Origin: an uncultured Actinomycetota bacterium
GTDB taxonomy: Bacteria > Actinomycetota > Actinomycetes > Propionibacteriales > Nocardioidaceae
Direction: 5' to 3'
Length of the DNA: 64,000 bases
Assembly: GCA_963834285.1 (NCBI GenBank)
Contig: CAWIAZ010000014.1
Span: forward strand, 16,534-80,533
Both the position numbers and the translations under genes were made by a program. Of this stretch, positions 10,395 to 21,248 are shown piece after piece. The notes below the pieces were generated by a model that saw only the letters and a list, made by a program, of their open reading frames with translations, made no database searches and was not told the DNA's origin. Each line of letters starts with the position of its first letter. Position 1 is the first letter of the stretch.

Positions 10395-13300
10395 GTGGGG
10401 AGGGCACCATCGCATCGTGGTCGGGGTTCGCCCGCGGGCGGTTGGTCTGGCTGTTGCTGGTGGTGGGATCGCTGCTGCAGCAGCCGGGACGCACCACCTG
10501 GGACACCAAGCTCGACCTCACCGCTGATCCCGCAGCGTTCCTGGACCGGGCCCTGCACCTGTGGAACCCCGAGGCGTCTTCGGCGAGCTGCAGAACCAGG
10601 CCTACGGCTACCTCTTCCCGCACGGACCGTTCTTCCTCCTCGGGGACGCTGCTGGGGCTGCCGGACTGGCTCGTCCAGCGGTTCTGGTCAGCCCTGCTGC
10701 TCGTGCGTCGCCTACGAGGGCACCCGCTACGTCGCGCGGACGCTCGGACTGCGTCCGGCGCGGGGGTCGTCGCGGGCCTCGCCTACACGTTGTCCCCGCG
10801 ACTGCTGGGCTCGGTCGGCGTCCTGACCGGCGAGGTGCTCCCCGGTGCCTTGCTGCCGTGGGCCGTGCTGCCGCTCGTGCTGGCCTTCGGCGCCGGTCGC
10901 CTGACCGCACGCCAGGCCGGGCTGTGGTCGGCGGTGGCGGTGCTGTGCATGGGTGGAGTGAACGCCGCGGGCACGCTCGCCGTGCTGCCCCTCCCGGCGT
11001 CGCTCGTGGCTGCCTCGTGGCGTCCGGTCGGGCGGCCGAGCACTGGCTGGTTGGTGGGTGGCCGGTACGACGCGCCGCCTGCGCGTGGTGGTTGGCGCCG
11101 CTGGTGCTGCTGGGCCGCTACCAGCCCGCCGTTCCTCGACTTCATCGAGACCGCGGCGGCCACGACTGACCCGACCGGGTGGGCCAACAGCGTGCGCGGG
11201 GCCGACCACTGGCTGGCCTACTACGCGATCGGTGACCAGGCCTGGTGGCCCGGCGCGCGGATGCTGGTCACGAACCGGTACTGGTGGTGGTCGCCGGCGT
11301 GGTGCGCGGCCGTCGGTCTGGCCGGACTCTGCCACCGGGCCATGCCGTGGCGCGCCCCGCTGCTGGCGGCGGCGATGCTCGGGTTGCTCGCGCTCACCGC
11401 CGGCAACCCGGCGCTTGCTCGGCTCCCTCGTCGACGGCCCGGCACGGGCACTGCTGGACGGGCCCCTGGCGCCGCTGCGCAACGTCCACAAGGTCGACCC
11501 CCTGGTCCGGCTGCCCCTCGCCCTCGGGGTCGGCCACGCGGTCGGGCTGGCCTCGGCGGGTGGAGCGGCGCCTGCTCGCGGCCTGGCCGCGCCGGGCGGT
11601 GGCGGGGGCTCCGGTCGGTCGTCTGCCGCGGTCCTCTCGTCGGTGGGGCGCCGCTGTTCACCGACGGACTCTGCGGATGCCGGGCTTCGACCGCGTCCCC
11701 GCGGCCTGGCGCAGACCGCGGACTTCCTCGACGACGAGCCGGCACCACGGGCGCCGCTGCGTCGTCCCCGGTGCGGCTTCGGCGTCGCAGACCTGGGGCT
11801 GGACCATCGACGAGCCGATCCAGGGGCGTGGCCGACTCCGCCTGGGTGACCCGCAGCCAGGTCCCGCTGGTGCCGGGCCCGACCGGCACGCTTCCTCGAC
11901 GTCGTGGAGCAACGGATCGCCTCAGGGGAGGGCAGCGACGCGCTCGCCGACCTGCTGGCGCGCGGCGGTGTCAGCCACGTGGTGCTGCGGCGTGACCTCG
12001 ATCCCCGCTACGCGGAGACCGCGCCGACCGCGCGCGCCGACGTCGCTCTGCTGCGTCGCCCGGGCTGGTCAAGGTGGCGTCGTTCGGTCGCAGCGGTCTC
12101 GGCGACCAGGCGCTCATCGACGTCTACCGTGTGCAGAGGCAGGTGTCGACGGTTTCGGCCGTCGATGCCTCGCGGGTGCGGGAACTGAGAGGTGCTCCCG
12201 AGGACGTGCTGTCCGCGTTGGAGTCCGGCGTCCTCGAGCCCAGCACGCCGACGGTGCTCACCGCCGGGTCCGAGGGTGAGCCCGCCACCGGCCCGGGGGC
12301 GGTGGTCGGCGACGGCTACCGGCGGGTCGAGCGCGAGTTCGGTCGGGTGCACGACGCGGTCAGCCAGGTGATGTCGGCCGACGAGCCCGCGCGCAGCAAC
12401 CGAACCACTAGTGACTTCCCCGGCCCCCGCGGCGTCCGCCGAGGCGACCTCCGACTTTCTGTCGGACGTCGAGGTGACGGCCTCGTCCTCGGAGGGGTAC
12501 GCCGAGGAGCTCGGTGCCGTCCGACCGGAGTTCGGCCCGCACGCGGCCTTCGACGGCAGCGGTTCTACTGCATGGCACAGCGGTAGCCTGCGCAGTCCCG
12601 AGCAGCAGTGGCTCCAGGTCGACCTGGCCAGGGCGAGGCGCCCGGGGCCGGGTGGCACGCTGCAGGTCCAGGTCGACCCGCCGGTCTCCCGCGGCGCGGG
12701 TGACTCGCGTCCGGATCTCCTACCGGACTGCCGAGGGGCCCTTCTCGAGCGTGTTCGGGGTGCCCGCCAGCGGGTTGGTCCTGGCCCCTCCTGCCGCAGA
12801 CCGAGGTGTCGCGGATCCGAGTCTCGGTCATGGAGGCGACCGGTCCCGAGGCCGACTTCGGACGGGTCATGATCTCCGAGATCACCGTCCCCGGGGTGCC
12901 GCCCGGACGCACCACGACGTTGCCGCAGCCGGTGGGTCCGAACGACGCGGTCGCGCTGCGCCTGGACCCACCGCGCCGCGCCTGCCTGGATGTCGGCCTG
13001 GGTCCGGTCTGTGACGCCGCGACCGCGCGTCGCGGCGAGGACGACGGCCGGTTGGACCGCACCCTGGAGCTGTCCGACAGTGGGGCCTGGCGGCTGTCGG
13101 GCACCGTCGTGGCGGTCCCGGGCCCGGCGTCCGCCGCCCTCCTGGACCCCGTGGACGGGCGCGCCGAGGTCCGAAGCGGTTCCGTGCTGGGCGACGAGCC
13201 GGCGGTGTCCGCGCGATTCGCCTACGACGAGAACGCGGCGACGACGTGGTTGACCGCCCCGCGAGTGGCCCGCGCGACCCTGCGGCTGCGGTGGCCGGGG

Positions 13301-13830
13301 GGGGCCGCGGTCACCGGCATCTCGGTCGTCCCGGGCAGCAGGCGGCGGCCCCGAGCGTCGCGGTGTTGCGCGCCGGCAAGCAACGCCGGGTCGTCCCGTT
13401 GGAGTACCTGTCGCAGGTGGAGCCCTTCGTGGCGCCTGGACGCCTGCGGATCACGTTCCGCCGGCCGACCGGGACCTCGGGGAAGCCGATGGCCATCGGC
13501 GAGGTCCGGGTCGAGGGGTTGGAGGGCCTGGCCTCGGCTCCCGAGCTTGACGCACAGACCGGCGCCGTGTGCGGGCTCGGCCCGCCGGTCTCGGTCGACG
13601 GCGTCCTCCACGACACCGAGGTTCGGGGGACCCTCGACGACGTGCGGCTCGGACGGGCGATGGCGTGGTCGGTGTGCGACGGACCCGTGCGCCTCGACGC
13701 CGGTCCGCACCGGGTCGTGGTGGACTCGACGCTCCAGTTCCAACCGGTGACCCTCGGCTGGGAGCCGACCGCCGGCCGGCCGGCCGGCGAGGGGACGACC
13801 CCCGCCGCCGCGGCCGTACGGCCTGGGCGT
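10395..13830 (+). CDS. aftD: AftD/DUF3367-like arabinofuranosyltransferase (GT-C plus carbohydrate-binding domains), heavily frameshifted; 3' boundary uncertain
   Basis: DTKLDLTADP..FL..ALHLWN..FGELQNQAYGYLFPHGPFF, LCMGGVNAA, PPFLDFIET, LRNVHKVDPLVRLP, WGWTIDEP and discoidin-like AAFDG...TAW..., CGLGPPV. Confidence 0.8.
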
Positions 13831-15836
13831 GGACCTCAGGTGCCGTGCTGGTGCTGGTGTCCGCGGCGTGGAGTGCCGCGTCCCCGAGCCTGCGCTTCGG
13901 CCGCCCGGGGGTGCTGCGACGCGGCCGCGGCGGCGGGGGTCGGGTTGCTGCTCGGGTCCGTCCTCCTGTCCGGTCCTTGTCCCGGCCCGAGGTCCGGTGG
14001 CCACGGGCGCGGTGGTGCCGGCCGCCCTCCGAGCCACCGCCGGTCGGGCGCGCCGTTGGGCGGTCGAGCAGCACGTGCTGGTCGTCGGTCTCCTGCTGGT
14101 CGCGGCCCAGGCCACGCTGCGGATGGTGGTGGGCTCCGGCTCGTACTTCTGGCAGGACGACTTCCTGCACCTCGACCTCGCCCAGACCCTGGGCCTGAGT
14201 GCGACTACCTCGTCCGCGACTACAGCGGCCATCTCGAGATCGGGTCCTACGCCGTGATCTGGCTGGTCGGCCGACTCGGCGGTGGCTCGTTCGTCCCGGC
14301 CGTCGTGGTCCTGGTGGCGCTGGCAGGTGATCGCCTCGCTCCTGCTGCTCCTGCTGCTGCGGCTGCTCTTCGGACGCTCGCCGTGGGTCCTCGTGCCGTT
14401 CGCCGCCTACCTCGTCACGCCGCTCTACGGACTGGCCACCGCGACGTGGCTCGCGGCAGGTCTACAGGCGTTCCCGCTGCAGATCGCCATGCTCGGCGCG
14501 TTGATCGGGCTCGTCCGGTACGTCGACACCGGCCGCGCCCGCTGGGCGGTGGTCTCGGTGGCCGCGCACGCGCTGGGCCTGCTGTTCTGGCAGAAGGCCG
14601 GCGTCGTCCTCCCGCTGCTGCTGGGCATGGGCTTGCTCGTGCTGACCGCTGGTACGCCGTGGCGCGCGCGGCTGCGCGGGCTGCGCGAGCGCGGCTGGTT
14701 CTGGCTCGCCCACCTCACCCTGCTCGGCGGGTACGTCCTGGTCTACCTCGCCGTCACCTCCACCGACGCCCTCGCCGCCGAGGCCGACCGCGGGCTGGGG
14801 GCCACGCTCCACGACGTCCTGCTGCGCACGCTCCTCCCGGGCCTGTTCGGCGGGCCCTGGCAGGTCACCGGCGCAGGCAGCACGATCTACCCCGACACCG
14901 CTCCGGCTCTGCAGGCGCTGTTCGCTGTGCTCGCGGTCCTGGTGGTCGTGGTCAGCGTGCGTCGGACGGGTGCGGCCGCCTGGGCGGGGTGGGCCTGGTG
15001 GTCGGCTACCTCACGGCCGACCTGGTCCTCCTGCTGGTCGGCCGTGGCGCCTACCTCCAGCTGGTCGCCCGGGACCCGCGCTACGTGACGGACGCCCTGC
15101 CCGTCATCGCGATCGGGGTCGTGGCGGCCTTTGCCAGCGGCCGGAGTCGGCCTTCTGCGCGCCGGCCGGCCGGGCCGGCCCCGACGTCCGGCGTGCCGTC
15201 GGCAACGGGCCGCCTCCCGAGGGCGGCGCTGCCCTGGCTCCTCCTGGTGGCGGTGGTGGTCAGCGGCTCGGTCACGACCCTGCGGCTGGCCCCCGTGACC
15301 CAGCACCCGCAGTCGGAGCGCTACGTCCGCGGGGTGACAAGCGCGCTCGCCGCCGCTCCCGGTGCCGCGGTCCTGCAGACGCCGGTGCCCAGCGACGTGG
15401 CGATCTCGGTCAATCTCGAGAGCCTGCTGCGTGCGGTCGGTCGCGAGCAGCGGCTGGATCGTCCCGGCGCGGAGCCCCTCCTGGTGGGGCCGACCGGTCG
15501 GCTGGTCCGGGCAGGCCTGGCGGACACGGACGTCGCGGAGCGCGGGCCGACCCCCACTGCGGGTGGCGGCTGGGACCCGACCCCGAGGCGATCGCGGTGA
15601 TGCCGCCCCCGGGGGTCGGGCCGCGGCTGCTCCGGCTCGGCTACCTCGCCGGCTCGGAGGGGGTGCTGCACGTCGCGGTCGACGGGCTGGAGCAGGCCGT
15701 CGAGTACACGCCCGGGGTGGGGGAGCGCTATGTCGTCGTCACCGAGCAGTCGGGTCCGCTCCAGGCGTGGGTCACCGGCGGGTCGTCGGCCTTCTGCCTG
15801 GGGGACGTCACCCGCGGGACGCCGGTCCCGCTCTGA
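13830..15836 (+). CDS. Polytopic membrane protein with GT-C-like features, frameshifted; possibly fused to the AftD-like protein
   Basis: First TM followed by the YFWQDDF acidic pair and DYSGHLE, many TM helices, RY motif, and a small extracytoplasmic C-terminal domain with two Cys. Confidence 0.5.
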
Positions 15837-15845
15837 GCCGCAGGC

Positions 15846-17003
15846 TCAGCCCAGCACGCGCTCGAACGCCGCGGCGGTGGACTCCCAGGTGAACTGCTCG
15901 GAGCGGATGCGCGCCTTGTCGCCCATCTCGCGACGCAGCCGGGGGTCGGTGAGCAGCCGGTCGACCTGCGCGGCGAGGTCGGGGAGGTCGAGGGCGAGCA
16001 GCCCGGTGACCCCGTCGAGGATCGACTCGCGCACCCCGCCGGCGTCGGCGTAGGCGACCGAGGGGACGCCGACGTGCGCCGCCTCGACGATCGAGAGCCC
16101 CCAGCCCTCCTTCACCGAGGGCAGCAGGTGCACCCAGGCGCCGGAGAGCACCTCGAACTTGGTGCGGTCGTCGACGTGGCCGAGCAGCTCGACGGCGTCG
16201 TCGAGCCCGAGGGCGGCGCGGTGCTCGAGCAGTCTGCGGCTCCCACCAGCCCGACCCCATCACCGTGAGGTGCAGGCCGGGGTGGCGCTCGCGCAGGGCC
16301 GCGACCACCTCCATCGCGTGCTCGACCCGCTTGTGGGGCACCAGGCGCACCAGCATCACCAGCTGCGGTGCGGCGCTCTCGGGGCGGGCGTCGTGCTCCG
16401 GCACCGGCGGGGTGCCGTTCAGGCGATCGTCACGTCGGTGGCCCGGACGCCGAGGTCGACGAGCTCGCTGCGGGTGACCTCGCTGACGGCGACGTAGCGG
16501 CTGCCGCGGTTGACCCGGACGGCGACCCGCGACTCCATCCACCAGCCGAACCGGGCCAGGGCCGGGGACAGGATCGACCACTGCTCGCGGTGCACGTGGT
16601 GCACCAGGACCGTCACCCGGGCGCGGGTCGTGAGGCGGGCCAGGAACGGCATGCCGTTCTGCACCTCGAGGACGTCGTCGGCCCGGCCGAGCGGACCGAG
16701 CCTGCCGAGCAGCAGCAGGGCCGCCGCCCAGAGGTAGACCGTGAGGTGGCCACCGCGCCGCACGTAGCGGATGCCGTCGCGGACCTCGACCGACGGGGCG
16801 CCGGGATAGCGGGCGGTGAAGATCGTGACCTCACGGCCGGTGGCGGCCAGACGCCGCGAGACCTCGCGGACGTAGAGCTCGGAGCCCCCGCCCTCGGGGT
16901 GCCAGGAGTCACGCCAGTTGAGGACGATCAGTCGACGCCCTCCGCGCCGAGCCTCTCGCTGTTCCCCCTCGGCATGCCTGGTTGCTGCATGCGGTGTACG
17001 CAC
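15846..17003 (-). CDS. Glycosyltransferase family 4 (Rv0225-like), frameshifted
   Basis: LNWRDSWHPEGGGSELY, VHHVHREQW, RLVPHKRVEH and PSVKEGWGLSIVEA; RBS AGGGAGG before GTG 17003. Confidence 0.85.
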
Positions 17004-17068
17004 CGTGGAATCCCTCCCTGAAACGCCCAGTGGTGGACGGAGGCTACCCAGCGGGGGATCGATCGGTG

Positions 17069-18334
17069 CTATCCGGGCGCGTCGTCCGTGACTGGTCCGG
17101 ACCGGTCGTCCGCGGGCACGGGGGAGCGGGTCAGCACGAGGCTGATCAGCAGCAGCACCCCGAGGAGCAGCAGGTCGACCGAGACCACGACCGCGAGCAG
17201 CGCCTCGACGGTGCTGGTCATCGAGGCCGGCGACCACCAGCGCGACCAGGGCGGCCCAGGGCGCGTAGACCGAGCGGCGGCCCTGCCGCGCGAGCACGGA
17301 GTAGACCAGCAGCTGGAGCATCGAGAGGAGCATGCCGAGCACCGCGAACAGCCACAGCTGCGACTCGATGTCGGCGTACTGCCCGCCGCCGACGAAGACC
17401 ATCGCCAGGCCCGAGAGCACGAAGGCGCCCAGCGTCGCGGCGACCCCGATGGCGGCGACGAGCAGCAGGCCGCGGATCAGCGTGCGTCGCCGCTCGCGCA
17501 CGGTCGACATCGCCGGGAACGCGACCACGACCACGAACTGCGGCAGGAAGAGCACGGCCTTGGTCATGATCAGGCCGGCGGCGTAGAGCCCGGCCTCGCG
17601 CCCCTCGAGCACGTTGCGCGCCACGATCACGTCGGCGTTGCTGAGGGCGAAGAAGGCCAGCAGCGCCTGGGAGCTGTGCGCGACCTCGCCGAGGATCGAC
17701 GGGGTCGCCGGGCCGTCGTGGTGCTCCCCGTCGCGCGGCCGTCGCAGCGCGATCGCGCCGACGAAGACCGGGAAGACCGCGCCGATCGCGACCGCCAGCA
17801 CGGCGGTGGCCTCGCTCGGGTGCCAGATGACCAGCCCGGTGCCGAGCAGCAGCCGCGGGACCCCGGCGGCGATGTAGAGGACGGCCAGCGGGCCCCAGCG
17901 GCGTTCGCCCTGGAGGACGCCGGCCTGCCCGCCCATCACGGTCAGCGGCACGGCGATCACGCCGACCAGCGCGGCGCTCGCCAGGCTCTCGAGGCGGAGC
18001 AGCAGGTTGATCAGCGGCGCCGCGAGGATCAGCAGGAGACCGAGCACCGCGGCGGAGCGGTAGGTGACCCGCAGCACCGCCTGCTCGATGCCCACGACAT
18101 CGCCGGGCTCGCGGAGATCCGGCGGGCGGCGGTGGCCTGCACGGCCAGCGACATCACGCCGACCACGAGCAGGACGTTCATCAGCGCCGCGAACGCACCG
18201 AAGTCCTGGGGGCCCAGCACGCGGGCGGTGACCATCTGGAAGATGTACGTCGCCACGTTCATCACGCCCATGGCCACCGCGATCGCGGCGCCGCTGTCGC
18301 GGGCACGCGGGCGCGCCTGCGTCGACTCCGTCAC
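17069..18334 (-). CDS. Polysaccharide biosynthesis / oligosaccharide flippase-family membrane protein, frameshifted
   Basis: MOP/Wzx-like pattern: ARVLGPQDFGAFAAL, GVLQGERRW, DVIVARNVL...AGLYAAG and many TM segments. Confidence 0.75.
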
Positions 18335-18388
18335 CGAGCCAGCCTAGACGAGACGCCGTGGTCGGCCCGACGTGGTTGGATCGCGGCG

Positions 18389-20161
18389 ATGACGACGCCC
18401 GTGAGCACCGACAGCGGCGTGCCCGGCCGCGGGTGGCGCGCCGTCCCGCTGCTGTGGTCGCTCGCGCTGGGGCTGCTGCTGCTCGGGCCGGCGATGGGCA
18501 CCGGCTACGTGCTCGGCTACGACATGGTCTGGGTGCCCGACCTGGCGCTGCGACCCGACCTGCTCGGGGTCGGGTCCGCGCTGCCGCGCGCCGTCCCGTC
18601 CGACGCCGTGGTCGCCGTCCTCGACCAGGTGCTGCCGGGGTGGCTGCTGCAGAAGGTCGTGCTGCTGGTGCCGCTCGTGGCGGGGGGCCTCGGCGTCGCC
18701 CGCCTGCTCGACGGGGTGGGCCTGGCCGGCCGGCTCACCGCGATCTCGGTCTACCAGTGGAGCCCGTTCGTCGTGGAGCGGTTGCTCATCGGTCACTGGC
18801 CGGTGCTGATCGGGTACGGCGTGCTGCCGTGGGTGCTGCTCCTCGCAGCCAGGTGGCGTCGCTCCGGCCGGCTGCCGCCCGCCCTCCTCGTGCTGGTGGT
18901 GCTCGGGTCGCTCAGCGTCAGCGCGGGCCTCGTCACCGCGGTGGCCGTGCTCGCGGGCGTCGCCGGGCCGGGACGCGCGGGCGTCGGTCGTGGGGTCCGT
19001 GCCCTCCTGGTGGTGCTGGCGGCCAACGCCCCCTGGCTGGTCTCGGGCCTGCTGCACGCCGACGCCGGCCGCTCCGACCCGGCGGCGGCCGCCCTGTTCG
19101 CGCTGGGCAACGAGGGGGCGGTGCCCGCGCCGCTCGCCGCGCTGACCCTCGGCGGCATCTGGAACGCCGAGGTGGTGCCGGCCTCGCGCACCGACGTCCT
19201 CGGCTGGGTGGCCCTGGGCTTCGTGCTCGTGCTCGCCGCGGCCGGGCTGCGGGCGTGGGTGCGCCGGCTCGGCGGGCGCGACGCCACCACCCTCGGGGTC
19301 TGCTGGGCGTTCGGCCTCGCAGTCGCGCTGCTGACCTGGGCCGCCCCCGACGCCGTGGCCTGGCTGGCCACCCACGTGCCGGGCGGCGGGGTGGCCCGCG
19401 ACGGGGCGCGGCTGCTGGTGCTGTGCGCGCCCGCGGTGGCCACGGTGGCCGGGATCGGTGCGGCGCGGCTCGCCGACGCCCTGGCCGACGACGCTGCCCG
19501 GGCGCTGGTCGCCGGGGGGCTGGTGGTGCTGCCGGTGCTGCTGATGCCCGACGCCGCGCTCGGTGCCGAGGGCCGGCTGCGGCCGGTCGACTTCCCCCGC
19601 GACTACGCCACGGCCCGCGCGGTGATCGCCGACAGCGCACCGCCCGGCGACGTCCTGCTGCTGCCGCTGTCGAGCTATCGGCAACCGGAGTGGAACGGCG
19701 GCCGCAAGGTGCTCGACCCCGCCGGCCGCTTCCAGACCCGCGACTTCGTCACGAGCGACCTGCTCGTCGTCTCGCGCACCAGCCTGGCCGGCGAGGACCC
19801 CCGGGTACGCCGGGTCGCCGTCGCGCTGGCCCTCGCCACCCCCGACGAGCGCGCGGCGGCGCTGGCGCAGGAGGGCATCGGCGTGCTGGTCGTGGAGAAC
19901 GAGGCCGTCGGAGAGGTGCCGGACGTGACCGGGCGGACGCTGCTCGACGGCACCGACCTGCGCGTGGTGGGTCTCGACGACGCGGTCGCGACCCCCGTCC
20001 CGGGCGGCTGGGCCGTCGCCATGACCTTCGCGTGGCTCGCGTTCCTCGCCGGCCCGGTGCTGGCGCTGGTGCTGGCGCTGGTGCCCGGGGGAGCCCGGAG
20101 CACTCGTCGCCGCAGATGGCGGCACCGGCCGCCCGGTGCTGCTACGCTCCGCTCACCTTGA
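18389..20161 (+). CDS. Conserved polytopic membrane protein (Rv0226c/MmpA-like)
   Basis: GYVLGYDMVWVP, PRAVPSD, PFVVERLLIGHW, LGGIWNAEVVP, RDG.R and VLDP motifs; context matches the mycobacterial locus. Confidence 0.7.
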   Translation: MTTPVSTDSGVPGRGWRAVPLLWSLALGLLLLGPAMGTGYVLGYDMVWVPDLALRPDLLGVGSALPRAVPSDAVVAVLDQVLPGWLLQKVVLLVPLVAGGLGVARLLDGVGLAGRLTAISVYQWSPFVVERLLIGHWPVLIGYGVLPWVLLLAARWRRSGRLPPALLVLVVLGSLSVSAGLVTAVAVLAGVAGPGRAGVGRGVRALLVVLAANAPWLVSGLLHADAGRSDPAAAALFALGNEGAVPAPLAALTLGGIWNAEVVPASRTDVLGWVALGFVLVLAAAGLRAWVRRLGGRDATTLGVCWAFGLAVALLTWAAPDAVAWLATHVPGGGVARDGARLLVLCAPAVATVAGIGAARLADALADDAARALVAGGLVVLPVLLMPDAALGAEGRLRPVDFPRDYATARAVIADSAPPGDVLLLPLSSYRQPEWNGGRKVLDPAGRFQTRDFVTSDLLVVSRTSLAGEDPRVRRVAVALALATPDERAAALAQEGIGVLVVENEAVGEVPDVTGRTLLDGTDLRVVGLDDAVATPVPGGWAVAMTFAWLAFLAGPVLALVLALVPGGARSTRRRRWRHRPPGAATLRSP

Positions 20162-20175
20162 GGGAGGGTGGAATC

Positions 20176-20337
20176 GTGGGAGTGTCAGGCATCGCAGGCT
20201 TCGTAGCCGCGCTGGTCGTCGGCGGAGCCGTCGGAACAGCGACCATCGTCGGCGTGGTCAACAGCCAGACGGGCGCCCCGAGCAAGTCTCCGGTCAACGT
20301 CGAGCAGCCGATCATCGAGTACGGCGCCACCAGCTGA
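20176..20337 (+). CDS. Small secreted/membrane protein (DUF2613, Rv0236A-like), 53 aa
   Basis: RBS AGGGAGG at 20161; one hydrophobic helix and a C-terminal EYG motif; not listed separately in the ORF track. Confidence 0.65.
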   Translation: MGVSGIAGFVAALVVGGAVGTATIVGVVNSQTGAPSKSPVNVEQPIIEYGATS

Positions 20338-20339
20338 CA

Positions 20340-21128
20340 GTGACACGGCCAGCCGCTCGACGAGGGGCGGCCCGACGAACGACCCGACGAGCAACACTGC
20401 GTCGCTCGGTGCGGCTGCTGCAGGACTTCCGTCACGAGCAGTCCGACCCGGACCGCTTCTACACCGCGCTGGCCCACGACTCCGTCGAGCAGCTCGCCGA
20501 CTACGCCGACCTCGAGCGGGCCCTGCTCCTCGACGTCGGCGGCGGACCGGGCTACTTCCGGGAGGCCTTCGAGGCCGCCGGCGCGACGTACGTGGCGCTC
20601 GACGCCGACGTGGGTGAGCTCGCCGGGCTCGGCGACATCGATGCCCGCACGGTGATCGGCAGCGGCATGCGGCTGCCGTTCGCGGACGGCTCGGTCGACG
20701 TCTGCTACTCCTCCAACGTGCTCGAGCACGTGCCGGAGCCCTGGCGGATGGCCGAGGAGATGCTGCGCGTCACCCGGCCCGGCGGGGTGGTCTACCTCAG
20801 CTGGACGGTGTGGTTCGGCCCCTGGGGCGGCCACGAGACCGCCCCCTGGCACTTCCTCGGCGGCCTGCGCGCCCGCCGGCGCTACGCCCGCCGGCACGGG
20901 CACGAGCCCAAGAACCGCTTCGGTGAGTCGTTGTTCGCGGTCACGGTGGCTGACGGGCTGCGGTGGGTGCGTGGCCACGAGCGCAGCGACGACGTCGAGG
21001 TGGTGGCGGTCCGTCCGCGCTACAACCCGTGGTGGTCGTGGTGGATGCTGCGGGTCCCGGTGGTGCGCGAGCTGGTCACCTGGAACCTCGTCGTCGTGCT
21101 GCGCCGACTGCCCGCGCCGCAGGGCTGA
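20340..21128 (+). CDS. Class I SAM-dependent methyltransferase (Rv0224c/MtrP-like)
   Basis: ATLRRSVRLL.DFR.EQ.DP.RFY, LDVGGGPGYF, SSNVLEHV..PW and GPWGGHET. Confidence 0.85.
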   Translation: MTRPAARRGAARRTTRRATLRRSVRLLQDFRHEQSDPDRFYTALAHDSVEQLADYADLERALLLDVGGGPGYFREAFEAAGATYVALDADVGELAGLGDIDARTVIGSGMRLPFADGSVDVCYSSNVLEHVPEPWRMAEEMLRVTRPGGVVYLSWTVWFGPWGGHETAPWHFLGGLRARRRYARRHGHEPKNRFGESLFAVTVADGLRWVRGHERSDDVEVVAVRPRYNPWWSWWMLRVPVVRELVTWNLVVVLRRLPAPQG

Positions 21129-21248
21129 GATCCGCGGTCCGGGCGCGCGGGACGACCCGGCGAGGTCCCCCCGGGTGTATCGGCGCTTTTAGGTGTGACG
21201 TGGGGTACCCTTCGGCAGATTGTTTGGTTCCTGGGGAGGGGCACAGCT

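Noticed and set aside
16419-18095. Flippase-GT4 fusion (558-aa ORF)
   Set aside because: The flippase has a stop at 17069-17071 after a frameshift, and the GT4 has its own RBS and GTG at 17003.
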